Below are positions 1 through 9,121 of a stretch of DNA of 64,000 nt, piece by piece (positions within the stretch are counted from its first letter, which is position 1; each line of letters starts with the position of its first letter). The translations under genes were made by a program, and so were the position numbers. The notes beneath the pieces are model-generated. The model searched no databases and had not been told where the DNA came from. It saw only the letters and a list, made by a program, of their open reading frames with translations. The DNA is from Candidatus Omnitrophota bacterium (GTDB taxonomy: Bacteria; Omnitrophota; Gorgyraeia; Tantalellales; Tantalellaceae), in the NCBI GenBank assembly GCA_049643885.1, contig JBARQV010000025.1:7382-71381 (forward strand). Direction: 5' to 3'.

Positions 1-387
1 TACTCGAGTGCTTTCTTGTGATCCGCGATGGCCTGAGCCAAATCCTTTTTTTCAGAGGCCTCGCCGATACGATATTCACTGTTTCCCGCGTTATAGATAG
101 CCTTCTCTTCAATACTCTCGTCTTCGCCGGCAAGGGATCTTAAAAAACCCTGTGAAGCCTCGTTGAACTTTTTTTTACGGTAAAGGGTAGCCGCCCGATT
201 ATACTGGATCTTCTGGTCGTCCGGTTTCTCGGTAAGGGCTTTGTCATACAGTTCAAGAGCTTTATCGTAATCTTTCTCTCTGTAGAACTTATTGGCCTTC
301 CTTGCGTCGCCGGCAGCGCCCGCCCGCGCTTCCCCGCAAACCAGCACCACTATCGCAACCGTTACGGCCAGAGACTTGAGTGCTAGA
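1..387 (-). CDS. TPR-repeat protein, BatC-like (continues past window start; start codon not identifiable)
   Basis: Minus-strand frame reads ...LKSLAVTVAIVVLVCGEARAGAAGDARKANKFYREKDYDKALELYDKALTEKPDDQKIQYNRAATLYRKKKFNEASQGF..., a signal-like hydrophobic stretch followed by TPR-like repeats. It sits directly downstream of batB in the Bat operon order. No in-frame ATG, GTG or TTG lies between the batB stop and the hydrophobic segment, so the 5' end is unresolved. Confidence 0.5.
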
Positions 388-538
388 TGTCTGGAGCTGT
401 TTGAAGCGGGGCGTAATTTTTCCGAGCGGCCATGGTTCCCGAAGGCCTTAAAGGCCTGAGGGAGAGCGAGGAAAAATTTCGAGTGAATTTTCCTCGGTGG
501 GGAAAATGAACGTCCCCGCGGAAAACAGCTCCAGACAT
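387..538. repeat. Palindromic MITE-like element, family D (copy D1, inverted relative to D2)
   Basis: Perfect terminal inverted repeat atgtctggagctgttt...aaacagctccagacat. The inner core is homologous to 4478-4571 in reverse orientation (ggacgttcattttcccc...cctcgctc...gctcggaaa). Confidence 0.6.
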
Positions 539-555
539 GTCCCGGAAGAAATACC

Positions 556-1563
556 TTAAACATCTTTTCTCCTGTCCCCTATCAACGGTTCGATAAACAG
601 AAGCACCAGGACCAGCGCCAGCGGCAGCTGGAACCTTTCAAAATAACGCTTTTCCATCCTGGCCTTGAATTCCTGTTTCTCGAACTTCGCGAGCTCCTTG
701 TCGTATATAAGGTCGAGTCCGAGCTCGGCTCCCGCGGAACGGACATACGCCCCGCCGGTATCTAAAGCTACTCTTTTCAGCATCTCTTCATCAAGGCGGG
801 TCTTCACAACGTTACCCCCGACATCCTTGAGGAACTCTTTTCTGCCTGACCCGGTGACTACAGGAATGATCTCGCCTTCCGTTGTCCCGATGCCGACGCA
901 GTATATCTTGATCCGGTCAGCTTCAGCCATTGCTACCGCCCTGTCGACGCCGCCCTCCAGGTCTTCGCCATCGGTGATGATGATAAGTATGTCATTCTTC
1001 CGCTTGCCCCCTTCTTCAAAAGCTTTCATAGCGGTATATATAGCGCCCGCCAGAGATGTCCCTCCTACGGGGACCGAATCAACGTCTACATCATCAAGTG
1101 AAAGAAGAAAACCGTTATAATCCACAGTAAGGGGGCACTGTAAAAACGCCGTCCCGGAAAAAGCCACCAGGCCTATCCTGTCCCCGTGCAGCTTTCGCAC
1201 CATATCCTTGATCGCCAGTTTCGCCCTTTCCAGCCTGTTGGGCAGGACATCCTGGGCCAGCATGCTGTTCGACGTATCAAGGGCGATGATTATGTCCAGG
1301 CCCTGGCGTTTGACTTCCTGCCAGGTGAATCCCCATTGGGGACGGAGAAGAGAGACCAGAAGCAGAAAGACAGCTAGGACGATCATCAGGTTCTTGATTT
1401 TTTTCCCCCGGGGGTTATATGTCCTGGCCATCTTGGGAAGAAGGCTGCTTTTTACGAATCTCTCGACGGCCTTTTTCCTCAAACGGTTAGCCCATAAATA
1501 GAAGACCACAACCGCCGGCAACAGCCACAACCATATAGCCATATGCGGAGCGCCGAACTTCAT
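556..1563 (-). CDS. batB: VWA-domain protein BatB
   Basis: N-terminal transmembrane segments followed by a VWA MIDAS motif (IIALDTSNSM) and ITDGED. It lies in tandem with a second VWA protein and a TPR protein. Confidence 0.8.
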   Translation of the reverse strand: MKFGAPHMAIWLWLLPAVVVFYLWANRLRKKAVERFVKSSLLPKMARTYNPRGKKIKNLMIVLAVFLLLVSLLRPQWGFTWQEVKRQGLDIIIALDTSNSMLAQDVLPNRLERAKLAIKDMVRKLHGDRIGLVAFSGTAFLQCPLTVDYNGFLLSLDDVDVDSVPVGGTSLAGAIYTAMKAFEEGGKRKNDILIIITDGEDLEGGVDRAVAMAEADRIKIYCVGIGTTEGEIIPVVTGSGRKEFLKDVGGNVVKTRLDEEMLKRVALDTGGAYVRSAGAELGLDLIYDKELAKFEKQEFKARMEKRYFERFQLPLALVLVLLFIEPLIGDRRKDV

Positions 1564-1565
1564 TT

Positions 1566-2567
1566 CTAAGGTATCCTCCTCAAAATCGTATTGGATAATA
1601 CTATTTCCAAGAGCAGCAATAACAGCCCCGGCAAAAGAAATATCCCGAACAGTTCATTGTATTTTCTGTAGCCGGTTTCTTCTATCGGAACTTTTTCAAG
1701 CTTATCGATCTCTTTATAAATGTCCTGGAGAGATTCCGTATCCGTGGCCCTGTAATACTTCCCTCCTGTCGTATCAGCTATCTTTTGCAGGAGCTCATCG
1801 TCTATTTCTATCTCGACCGGACGGAGGACAGTGTTGCCGAACATATCCGGGACCGGATAAGGGGCCAGCCCTTTAGTCCCCGCGCCGATGGTATATATCC
1901 TTACTCCCAGGGTCTTCGCCATTTCGGCCGCGAGCATCGGCGAGATCCGGCCGGCGTTATTTATCCCGTCAGTAAGCAGGACGATGATCTTGTCTTTGGC
2001 TTCGGCATCCTTCAGGCGGTTAAGAGAAGAACTTATAGCCGAACCTATCGCAGTCCCATCCTCTATCATCCCTATCTTCACCCTCTCAAGGTTTTTCTCC
2101 AGCCATTCGTGGTCCAGCGTGAGAGGACAGACCGTAAAGGGAAGCGCAGCAAAAGCCACGATCCCTATCTTGTCGCTTACTCTTCTTTCGATAAAATCGG
2201 CGACGACCCTTTTAACGACTTCAAGACGATCAACCCGTTTGCCGCCTATCTCGAAGTCCATGGCCCGCATACTGGTCGAGGTGTCGATGGCCAGGACGAT
2301 GTCTATCCCTTCCACGTACACCCTTGCTTCTTCTATGAAAGACTGGGGCCGGGCCGCGGCGGTTATGAAAAGGAACAGGCACGCCGCCCTGAGGTAGACC
2401 AGATTCCGGCTAAACCTTATCCTCAGCGTCGGTTTCAGCCCTTTTACCAGTTCCTGGCTGGAAAACCTGAAAGTGCTTTCTTTTTTAAAATCGATCTTCC
2501 TGGCCAGATATACCAGAACAGGCATCAAGAGAACCAGAAGGAACACCCAGGGATCGGCAAATCTCAT
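1566..2567 (-). CDS. batA: VWA-domain protein BatA
   Basis: N-terminal TM segments, a DxSxS MIDAS motif (VLAIDTSTSM) and LLTDGINN. It sits in the Bat operon position. Confidence 0.8.
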   Translation of the reverse strand: MRFADPWVFLLVLLMPVLVYLARKIDFKKESTFRFSSQELVKGLKPTLRIRFSRNLVYLRAACLFLFITAAARPQSFIEEARVYVEGIDIVLAIDTSTSMRAMDFEIGGKRVDRLEVVKRVVADFIERRVSDKIGIVAFAALPFTVCPLTLDHEWLEKNLERVKIGMIEDGTAIGSAISSSLNRLKDAEAKDKIIVLLTDGINNAGRISPMLAAEMAKTLGVRIYTIGAGTKGLAPYPVPDMFGNTVLRPVEIEIDDELLQKIADTTGGKYYRATDTESLQDIYKEIDKLEKVPIEETGYRKYNELFGIFLLPGLLLLLLEIVLSNTILRRIP

Positions 2568-3505
2568 CCGTCTTCGCCTCCCTCTTCCTCGACCAGTTTT
2601 GTCTGGTCGACCAGGTTTTCCGCGGCCTTGAAACTGTCAAGTATTTCTAAGGGGGTCGGCCCGTATTTCGCGAACTTTACCAGATCGCAATGCGATAAAA
2701 ACTCTTTTAAAAGTTCCCTCAGTTCACTGCTGAATTCCCTGGAATCCTTTATGGCGCCCAGGAATTCTTCAGTGGTCATTTCGGGAGCGCGATAAGAAAA
2801 CCTGCTTTCCAGGTAACGTCTGACGATATCGGACAGGCAAAAATAATATTCTTTTATCCTGCCCTTTTCCGGAAGGTCCATGGCCCTGAGTTCTTCCAGT
2901 TCTTTATAGGCGACCACATGGGCGGGTTTCGGCCCGGCCTCCTCTAAAGCAGCCGTGGCTTTCCTTTTCCGCCATAGTCGCCATAATAACAACCCGACTA
3001 GAGCCGCCGCTAAAATAAAAACCAGCCACGGATTGAACCCGCCGAAAGCCACCAGTCCCTTCAGATCCTTTATGTCCGTGTCTTTACCGGTAAGTACGCT
3101 TAAAACCTCGACAGGGACCTGCGGGCTAAGCTTGGCCTGCCATTCATCCTGGTCATGGAACCTGTATCTGACCTCGACCGGCGGGATCACGTGCGTTCCT
3201 GTGGTATAGATGCTGAGCACGTATACCTGACCTTTTATCCCCTGGCCGGACCGTTTTTCCTTCATGGGATATGATCCTATAACGGAAAATTCGGCCAAAG
3301 TCTTAGGCGTATCCGGGAAAATTACTTCCGTCCCGGATACGTTTCTCGCCGTAATATCCAGCCTGATGCGGTCGCCGATATAAACCTCTTTCTTATCGGA
3401 TTCCGCGGTAATCTCGATGTCGCCTTCATTTTCCGCTTCAGCCAGGGAAAACGGGCAGACCGAAAGGAATATTATAAATATGATCAGCAAATTTTTCCGG
3501 ACCAT
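2564..3505 (-). CDS. Bat-operon membrane protein (DUF4381-like), signal peptide plus one internal TM
   Basis: Signal peptide, a central TM (WLVFILAAALVGLLLW) and an acidic C-terminus. It sits between the DUF58 and BatA genes, as in Bat operons. Confidence 0.5.
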   Translation of the reverse strand: MVRKNLLIIFIIFLSVCPFSLAEAENEGDIEITAESDKKEVYIGDRIRLDITARNVSGTEVIFPDTPKTLAEFSVIGSYPMKEKRSGQGIKGQVYVLSIYTTGTHVIPPVEVRYRFHDQDEWQAKLSPQVPVEVLSVLTGKDTDIKDLKGLVAFGGFNPWLVFILAAALVGLLLWRLWRKRKATAALEEAGPKPAHVVAYKELEELRAMDLPEKGRIKEYYFCLSDIVRRYLESRFSYRAPEMTTEEFLGAIKDSREFSSELRELLKEFLSHCDLVKFAKYGPTPLEILDSFKAAENLVDQTKLVEEEGGEDG

Positions 3506-3506
3506 C

Positions 3507-4415
3507 TCACCTCATCATTCTCACCAGGCGTTTTTCCCTCATCTTGAAAAACTGCACGAGGGGTTCGATATAAGACCGGTCGGTCCGTATACCTATGCTG
3601 TCGACTTTGGTGGATTGGAACAGCTCTTTACGCCTGTTTTCCAAGAACTTTGAATGGGCTTCATAGGAACGCCGGACCACGGGATCGGAAGTATCGACGA
3701 TAAAAGGCTGGCCGGTTTCGGCGTCATGCATCTTTACCATACCCGCATCAGGCAGTTTCAGTTCGGCGGGATCCTTTATGGTCACTGCTATGACGTCATG
3801 CCGCTTGTTCGTTATGGATAGCATCTTTTTAAAATCCGCGGTCAGAAAATCTGAAATGATAAAAGTGATAGTCCGCCTGCTAGTGACCCTGTTCAAGTGC
3901 TCAAGGGCACAATTAATATCGGTCTTACGCCCTGAAGGAGTGTTATACAATGCTTCGCGGATCACGCGCAAAACATGCCTCACGCCTTTGCGGGGAGGTA
4001 TGAATTTCTCCACACGATCGGTAAAGGTAAGCATCCCCACCTTGTCGCTGTTCTGGATCGCCGAAAAGGCGATGATCGAACATATCTCGGCGGCAATATC
4101 GCTTTTGGTGGAGTTCACGGTGCCAAAACGACATGAAAGAGAGACATCCAGAAGTATCATTATCGTGAGCTGTCTTTCCTCGACGAACTTCTTTACATAA
4201 GGATGTCCCGTCCTGGCGGTCACGTTCCAGTCGATAGACCTTATGTCATCCCCCGGGAAATATTCACGGACCTCGTCGAATTCTATCCCGAGCCCCTTGA
4301 ACACGCTCTGATACTGCCCCGCGAACACATCAGTGACCTTACGGGAGGTGGTTATCTGGATCCTGCGTATTTTCCGTATTATCTCTTTAGGTATCATGTC
4401 TTTTGCATCGAACAA
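3507..4415 (-). CDS. DUF58-domain protein (VWA-like), MoxR partner
   Basis: Motifs typical of the DUF58 family (QYQSVFKGLGIEFDEVREYFPGDDIRSIDWNVTAR... ILLDVS). It lies immediately downstream of the MoxR ATPase. Confidence 0.8.
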   Translation of the reverse strand: MFDAKDMIPKEIIRKIRRIQITTSRKVTDVFAGQYQSVFKGLGIEFDEVREYFPGDDIRSIDWNVTARTGHPYVKKFVEERQLTIMILLDVSLSCRFGTVNSTKSDIAAEICSIIAFSAIQNSDKVGMLTFTDRVEKFIPPRKGVRHVLRVIREALYNTPSGRKTDINCALEHLNRVTSRRTITFIISDFLTADFKKMLSITNKRHDVIAVTIKDPAELKLPDAGMVKMHDAETGQPFIVDTSDPVVRRSYEAHSKFLENRRKELFQSTKVDSIGIRTDRSYIEPLVQFFKMREKRLVRMMR

Positions 4416-4449
4416 CCGACGTAAAAATCATCGTTTCAATAACTTATTT

Positions 4450-4598
4450 AAAATGTTTGTTCTGTTTCCAGCGGGGACGTCCAATTCCCCCCAGCGAGGG
4501 AATTGTACTCTAAAATTTCCTCGCTCGTCCTCGCTCCCGCTCGGACACCGTGCCCGCTCGGAAATTTAAAGCCCCGCTTACAACAAAACAAACATTTT
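4450..4598. repeat. Palindromic MITE-like element, family D (copy D2)
   Basis: Terminal inverted repeat aaaatgtttgttctgtttccagcgggg ... ccccgcttacaacaaaacaaacatttt. The core is homologous to D1 in inverted orientation, and a third partial copy lies at 29105-29162. Confidence 0.6.
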
Positions 4599-4635
4599 CC
4601 AATATATTTTACGGGTCACAAACCACGCCCGACGA

Positions 4636-5628
4636 TCACGGTACTTCGACTTCCTCGAACACCCTTTTGATGATATCTTCCGAGGTCTTGTCTTCCGCTT
4701 CCGCTTCATAGCTTGGAATGATCCTGTGGCGTAAAATATCGGGTCCGATGGATTTGATGTCCTGAGGCGTGACATATCCTCGCCGCTGGGTGAACGCGTA
4801 CGCCTTGGCGGCAACGGTCAGATAGATACTTGCCCTGGGAGAAGCCCCGTATTCGATCAGTCCCTCCAGATCCTTAAGGCCGTAGTTCTTAGGCTCCCTG
4901 GTAGCGAACACTATGTCTATGATGTACTTTTCTATTTTTTCATCCAGATATATCTCGTTTATCAGCTTCCGCACCTTAAGTATCCTCTCAGGCTTTAACA
5001 CCGGGGATACCTCGATCTCTTTATCGGTAAACGCCATGCGCTTCAATATCTTGTGCTCTTCTTCACGGTTGGGATAACTGATATTTATTTTCATCATGAA
5101 ACGGTCGATCTGGGCTTCCGGCAAAGGATATGTGCCTTCCTGTTCTATCGGATTCTGCGTGGCCAGGACCAGGAATGGTTCGTCCAGCTTGAAGGTATTT
5201 TCCCCGATAGTCACCTGTCGTTCCTGCATAGCTTCAAGAAGAGCACTTTGGACTTTTGCCGGCGCGCGGTTGATCTCATCGGCCAGTATGATGTTGGCGA
5301 AAATGGGCCCTTTCTTCGTGGTAAAGGTGCCTTCTTTCGGATTATATACCAGAGTTCCTATCAGGTCAGCCGGCAAAAGATCAGGCGTAAATTGCAGCCT
5401 CTGGAATTTAGTATCTATTGCGGCGGCCAGAACCCGGACCGACATAGTCTTTGCCAGGCCGGGAACCCCTTCGATAAGCATATGACCGTTTGCCAGAAGA
5501 CCGACTAGTAACCGGGTCACGAGATAATCCTGCCCCACTATGACTTTCCTTATCTCTGACAAGAGGTCATCGATAAAAACGCTTTCCTTCTCGATCTTTT
5601 CATTTATTGCGGTTATTCCCTGAGACAT
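4636..5628 (-). CDS. MoxR-family AAA+ ATPase
   Basis: Walker A (GVPGLAKT), ILADEINRAPAKVQSALLEAMQERQVTIG and the overall MoxR layout. Confidence 0.88.
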   Translation of the reverse strand: MSQGITAINEKIEKESVFIDDLLSEIRKVIVGQDYLVTRLLVGLLANGHMLIEGVPGLAKTMSVRVLAAAIDTKFQRLQFTPDLLPADLIGTLVYNPKEGTFTTKKGPIFANIILADEINRAPAKVQSALLEAMQERQVTIGENTFKLDEPFLVLATQNPIEQEGTYPLPEAQIDRFMMKINISYPNREEEHKILKRMAFTDKEIEVSPVLKPERILKVRKLINEIYLDEKIEKYIIDIVFATREPKNYGLKDLEGLIEYGASPRASIYLTVAAKAYAFTQRRGYVTPQDIKSIGPDILRHRIIPSYEAEAEDKTSEDIIKRVFEEVEVP

Positions 5629-5821
5629 TCGGATACCCCCCTGTTTGGTTATAATATGGTAAGATTAATATACAACAGTATCCGAAGCTTTTCAAGACAG
5701 GTCAGCAGAATAAATTCCCGCTTTATTGGATCTTCCAGAAGGGATCAAAAATACGTCAGGACCTGCCCGCTTTTATGGAAAACGGGCAAAAAAAAATGGA
5801 GACATACGACCAGTGAAGAGT

Positions 5822-6019
5822 TTACTCACCGACCTTATCGAACCGGTCGACAACCAGCGCTATCAGAAAACAGGTATTGGCCATTGAAAAGTAACCACCA
5901 ATGGTATAAAATACCGGCTCCAATAGGTTAAGCCCGGCCATTTTCAGGATCAGGCCAAACATGATCATAAAAAATCCCAATAGCACCAGAGAACCTACCG
6001 CCAGGTTCATTTTACGCAT
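5822..6019 (-). CDS. Small membrane protein (2 TM), hypothetical
   Basis: 65 aa with two hydrophobic helices. A good RBS (AAAGGAGTGAACGT-ATG) precedes the start. Confidence 0.4.
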   Translation of the reverse strand: MRKMNLAVGSLVLLGFFMIMFGLILKMAGLNLLEPVFYTIGGYFSMANTCFLIALVVDRFDKVGE

Positions 6020-6165
6020 ACGTTCACTCCTTTTTTCATTTCACAGAAAGTATACCCTCAAGTACTTATCGTGTCAAATAGATAGGAAAAAAAATCAGAC
6101 GTCAGAGTGCGGAGCGAAGCGAAACCTCTCCGGAGGGAATTTCGGGTATGGGCAAGAACTACTTC

Positions 6166-6364
6166 CTGCAAAAACAATGAAATTAAAGGGTCCCATTCCA
6201 AATTTTAGGTATTTTTATAGCTTTTGAAGGAAAAAAGCGTAAAAGCTGTCCGAGCCCCGCTGCTTCGCCTTGCAAAGCAGCGGGGGCGAGTTCTTTTACG
6301 CCCTTCGAAAGTTAGAAAAATGCCGTTAAAAAATTTGGTGGGAAGAATTTCATTGTTTTTGCAG
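6166..6364. repeat. 199-bp long imperfect palindrome, family C (copy C1)
   Basis: Arms ctgcaaaaacaatgaaatt ... aatttcattgtttttgcag pair perfectly. Internal arms (gcgtaaaag / cttttacgc, ccaaatttt / aaaatttgg) also pair around a central hairpin cccgctgcttcgccttgcaaagcagcggg. A second copy lies at 29262-29479. Confidence 0.7.
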
Positions 6365-6427
6365 TAGATAACTCTCGCACTACTTATCGGCCCTGCGGGC
6401 TTAGGTCTCTACCTCTAGCTGTGCTTG

Positions 6428-6928
6428 CTAATAAACCCGCTTATTGGGGAGGGTTTCCCAGAATCTCAGAAGTTTTTCGCATTCTTCGCGCATGAACCCA
6501 CCGTGGACCTCTACAGGCGAAACCCCGGATTCCTTCATCTGGCTTACCGGGATAGTGAGCTCATTGAACCCCAGTTTTTTTACATCTTCGATACCCGTGC
6601 CGTAAAACAAACGGCTTATCCGGGCCCAGTGAATAGCGGCAAAGCACATGGGACACGGTTCGGTAGTAGAATAGGCTTCGCACCCGGTAAGATCGAAATT
6701 TCCTAATCTTTTTGAGGCCAGCGAGATAGCCCGTATCTCCGCATGCTGCGTAGGGTCATTGTCCCTTAAGACCGTATTACAGGCCGAAGCGATGATCTCC
6801 CCGTTCTTTACGATCACTGCCCCGAAAGGCCCTCCGTGACCGCCACTTGCCCCGGCCCTGGCCTCTTCTATCGCCTTCAACATAAACTTCTCATCCATTT
6901 GAATAAAACTCCAAATCTCAAATTCCAA
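6428..6928 (-). CDS. guaD: Guanine deaminase-like CDA-fold zinc deaminase (GuaD/TadA superfamily)
   Basis: GGPFGAVIVKNGEIIA...NDPTQHAEIRAI...PCPMCFAAIHWARI matches the B. subtilis GuaD-type CMP/dCMP deaminase signature (H-A-E and PCxxC zinc ligands). The true start is probably one of the internal Mets (MDEKF or MLKAIEEA). Confidence 0.6.
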   Translation of the reverse strand: MEFEIWSFIQMDEKFMLKAIEEARAGASGGHGGPFGAVIVKNGEIIASACNTVLRDNDPTQHAEIRAISLASKRLGNFDLTGCEAYSTTEPCPMCFAAIHWARISRLFYGTGIEDVKKLGFNELTIPVSQMKESGVSPVEVHGGFMREECEKLLRFWETLPNKRVY

Positions 6929-7078
6929 ACAAAGGTTACCAGGAAATCAGATCATCAGGAAACAGGATTCTGGATATCAGGGTATCAGGCAAGAATTCTT
7001 CCTGATATACTGATATCCTGCCCCCTGATGCCCTGTTAACCTGTTATCCTATTTTTCGATCCATTATCTATTATCCAA

Positions 7079-7456
7079 CTACTCATTGTTACTATTGATC
7101 TTCAACAATTGCTTCAGCCTCTTATCGACCTGGTCAAGCCGCCACTCCAGCGACGATAATATCCAGAACTGAAAATGGTTAAGCCGTATATACGATTCAA
7201 GAAAATATACCAGCTTGACAGAAAGAAGCAAAATACCAACTTCGATCATGAAAAATCTTACCCTGCCGCCCCAGATGATGGACATGATAAAAACCGCCAG
7301 AACCAGCACTATGAAGACTATGTTCACCAGCCGGGCCTTGGGCGTAGGCACCCCTCCGATCTGCCCTATGATCTTCCGGATATTTTCTCTCTCCGTCTCA
7401 AAATCCTTTATTTCGTCCTCAAGCCCTCTTTCCTTCTCTTTCAGATTTTCTTTCAT
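7079..7456 (-). CDS. Hypothetical membrane protein
   Basis: 125 aa with a charged N-terminus and three hydrophobic segments. Its start abuts the stop of the upstream VWA gene (7457), so it is probably co-transcribed. Confidence 0.45.
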   Translation of the reverse strand: MKENLKEKERGLEDEIKDFETERENIRKIIGQIGGVPTPKARLVNIVFIVLVLAVFIMSIIWGGRVRFFMIEVGILLLSVKLVYFLESYIRLNHFQFWILSSLEWRLDQVDKRLKQLLKINSNNE

Positions 7457-9121
7457 CTAATCACCATCCCTTAGATCATATGGCGTAATAATCCCGTACT
7501 TTTTGCTCAAATTGTTTATCTCTCTCCTCAAGCTGATGGGATCCCCCATTCCCATCGCAAGCTGGCTTATCAGGTGGTATATTTTCGTAAATGCCCACTC
7601 TTTCGCGATATTTTCATCGCCTTCTTCGGCTTTTTTCAGCGACCCGGTATATATGAACTCCTTTGTCTCCCCCCTTATTTGGCCCAAAAGCTGCATGGAA
7701 AATACATCTTCCTTGTTATACCTGCCGTAAAGAACAAAAGGCCTGCCCCGGTAAAAATCCGACAGAAACTTAGGGTATATCTCCTGGGTGTCCAATTTGC
7801 CGAATCTGTACCTTACGTTGACAAGGAGAGGGTCTTTTACCTGGCGGCAAAAATCGCCGAACGCGTCGGTGATCTCATATGCCGTCGGAGTGAACTGGCT
7901 CCATGCCCTGTTCTGATACGATATGAAATCTAACAGATACCTGTTCACCCTTGCTCCCCCACCGAAACAGAATATCGGCCGTTCCATATTGTTCCTGCGG
8001 GTTATCTGCTGGATTATCCGCCGGGAATCCAATACGCCCTTTGTGGGGCGCCCGTCGGATATGAGCATCACGTATGAAGGATAGAAAGTAACATGATTGG
8101 ACACGATATCCAGAAGGGCGCTGTTCACATCGGTCTGCCCGACCGCTACCAGGTCCTTGAGAAAAACGCCTGCCGCATACACGTCGAGTTCGTTCGCCTC
8201 CACCGACCGTTCCTTGAACCTCACCACGTCCCCCCCGAAAGCGACCACGTTGAACCGGTCGTAAGGATTCAGTTCCCATAGAACGTTTTTGACCGCCTCC
8301 TTTATGTAGGAAAGTTTTTCTTCGGTGATGCTTTTCGAAGAATCGATCATGAATATGATCTCTTTAGGTATGACCGGCAGCCGGTCCCCTTCCTTCACGC
8401 CTATCACCAGTTTAAAATATTTTTCCCCGGTCCTCTGGGCCGTGTAAGTAAAAAGGTCGACCTTTATAAAACGATCGATATCTTCATAAGCGCCCAACTG
8501 CGCTTCTCCTTCAAGAGCGGCGAGTTCCTTTTTCCCGGGCCTGAAAAATTCCTCTTTAGCCGCCTCCCCTATGCCCGGGGCGGCAGTAAGCCTGCCGTAA
8601 TCTACCCTTTCCACCCCGTATTGCAGAGCTTCTTCACTTACCTCTTCAGGTGGAACGACGGACGGCCCTTCGCTTAAAAGACGATCGGCCAAAGATCTCT
8701 TCTCTGGAGCCGCTTCTTTCTTGAGTCTTTCCGCCTCTTTTTCCAGGAACTCCAACGGATCGAATTTCTCCGCTTTCTGTAATTCCCTTTCCGGCAATTC
8801 TTCCTGAAGCTTTTTCTTTTTTTCCTCGATCGGCATGTCCTCGGCTAATCTCTCTTCCAGTCTCATTTTCTGGATAAGCTTTTTCTCCTGTTCGGAAAGA
8901 TGGCGGGTCAATTTTATCGACGGAGGGGGTTCTTTCGCGGGCCCAAAAAAATCCACATCGATAGGCTTTTCCCTGACCTCCCTGAGGCGGAATATCTTCC
9001 GAGTCTCATCCCTTACCTCCCGCATTCCCGGAAAGGCAATGAACGGTGAGGATGCGAGCAGGATAGCGTGGGCGGCAAGGGAAAACGTCACGGATATGAC
9101 GATCAATTTACTCTTTTTCAC
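7457..9121 (-). CDS. Secreted or membrane-anchored VWA-domain protein with a coiled-coil/charged region
   Basis: N-terminal signal/TM, a long KE-rich region, then a VWA MIDAS motif (IFMIDSSKS ... VAFGG ... LISDGRPT). Confidence 0.7.
   Translation of the reverse strand: MKKSKLIVISVTFSLAAHAILLASSPFIAFPGMREVRDETRKIFRLREVREKPIDVDFFGPAKEPPPSIKLTRHLSEQEKKLIQKMRLEERLAEDMPIEEKKKKLQEELPERELQKAEKFDPLEFLEKEAERLKKEAAPEKRSLADRLLSEGPSVVPPEEVSEEALQYGVERVDYGRLTAAPGIGEAAKEEFFRPGKKELAALEGEAQLGAYEDIDRFIKVDLFTYTAQRTGEKYFKLVIGVKEGDRLPVIPKEIIFMIDSSKSITEEKLSYIKEAVKNVLWELNPYDRFNVVAFGGDVVRFKERSVEANELDVYAAGVFLKDLVAVGQTDVNSALLDIVSNHVTFYPSYVMLISDGRPTKGVLDSRRIIQQITRRNNMERPIFCFGGGARVNRYLLDFISYQNRAWSQFTPTAYEITDAFGDFCRQVKDPLLVNVRYRFGKLDTQEIYPKFLSDFYRGRPFVLYGRYNKEDVFSMQLLGQIRGETKEFIYTGSLKKAEEGDENIAKEWAFTKIYHLISQLAMGMGDPISLRREINNLSKKYGIITPYDLRDGD

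Noticed and set aside
387-538. 51-codon ORF starting at the ATG at 538 (MSGAVFRGDVHFPHRGKF...)
   Set aside because: It lies wholly inside the family D repeat element, its frame stops at 385 before the TPR region, and it has no RBS. I treat it as non-coding, though see the finding on the batC start problem.
1785-2795. 336-aa plus-strand ORF, and the 169-aa ORF at 1888-2397
   Set aside because: Both lie entirely antisense to batA, which has strong VWA motifs. Their composition is low-complexity (R/G/P/Y-rich) with no start context, as expected of shadow ORFs in GC-balanced DNA.
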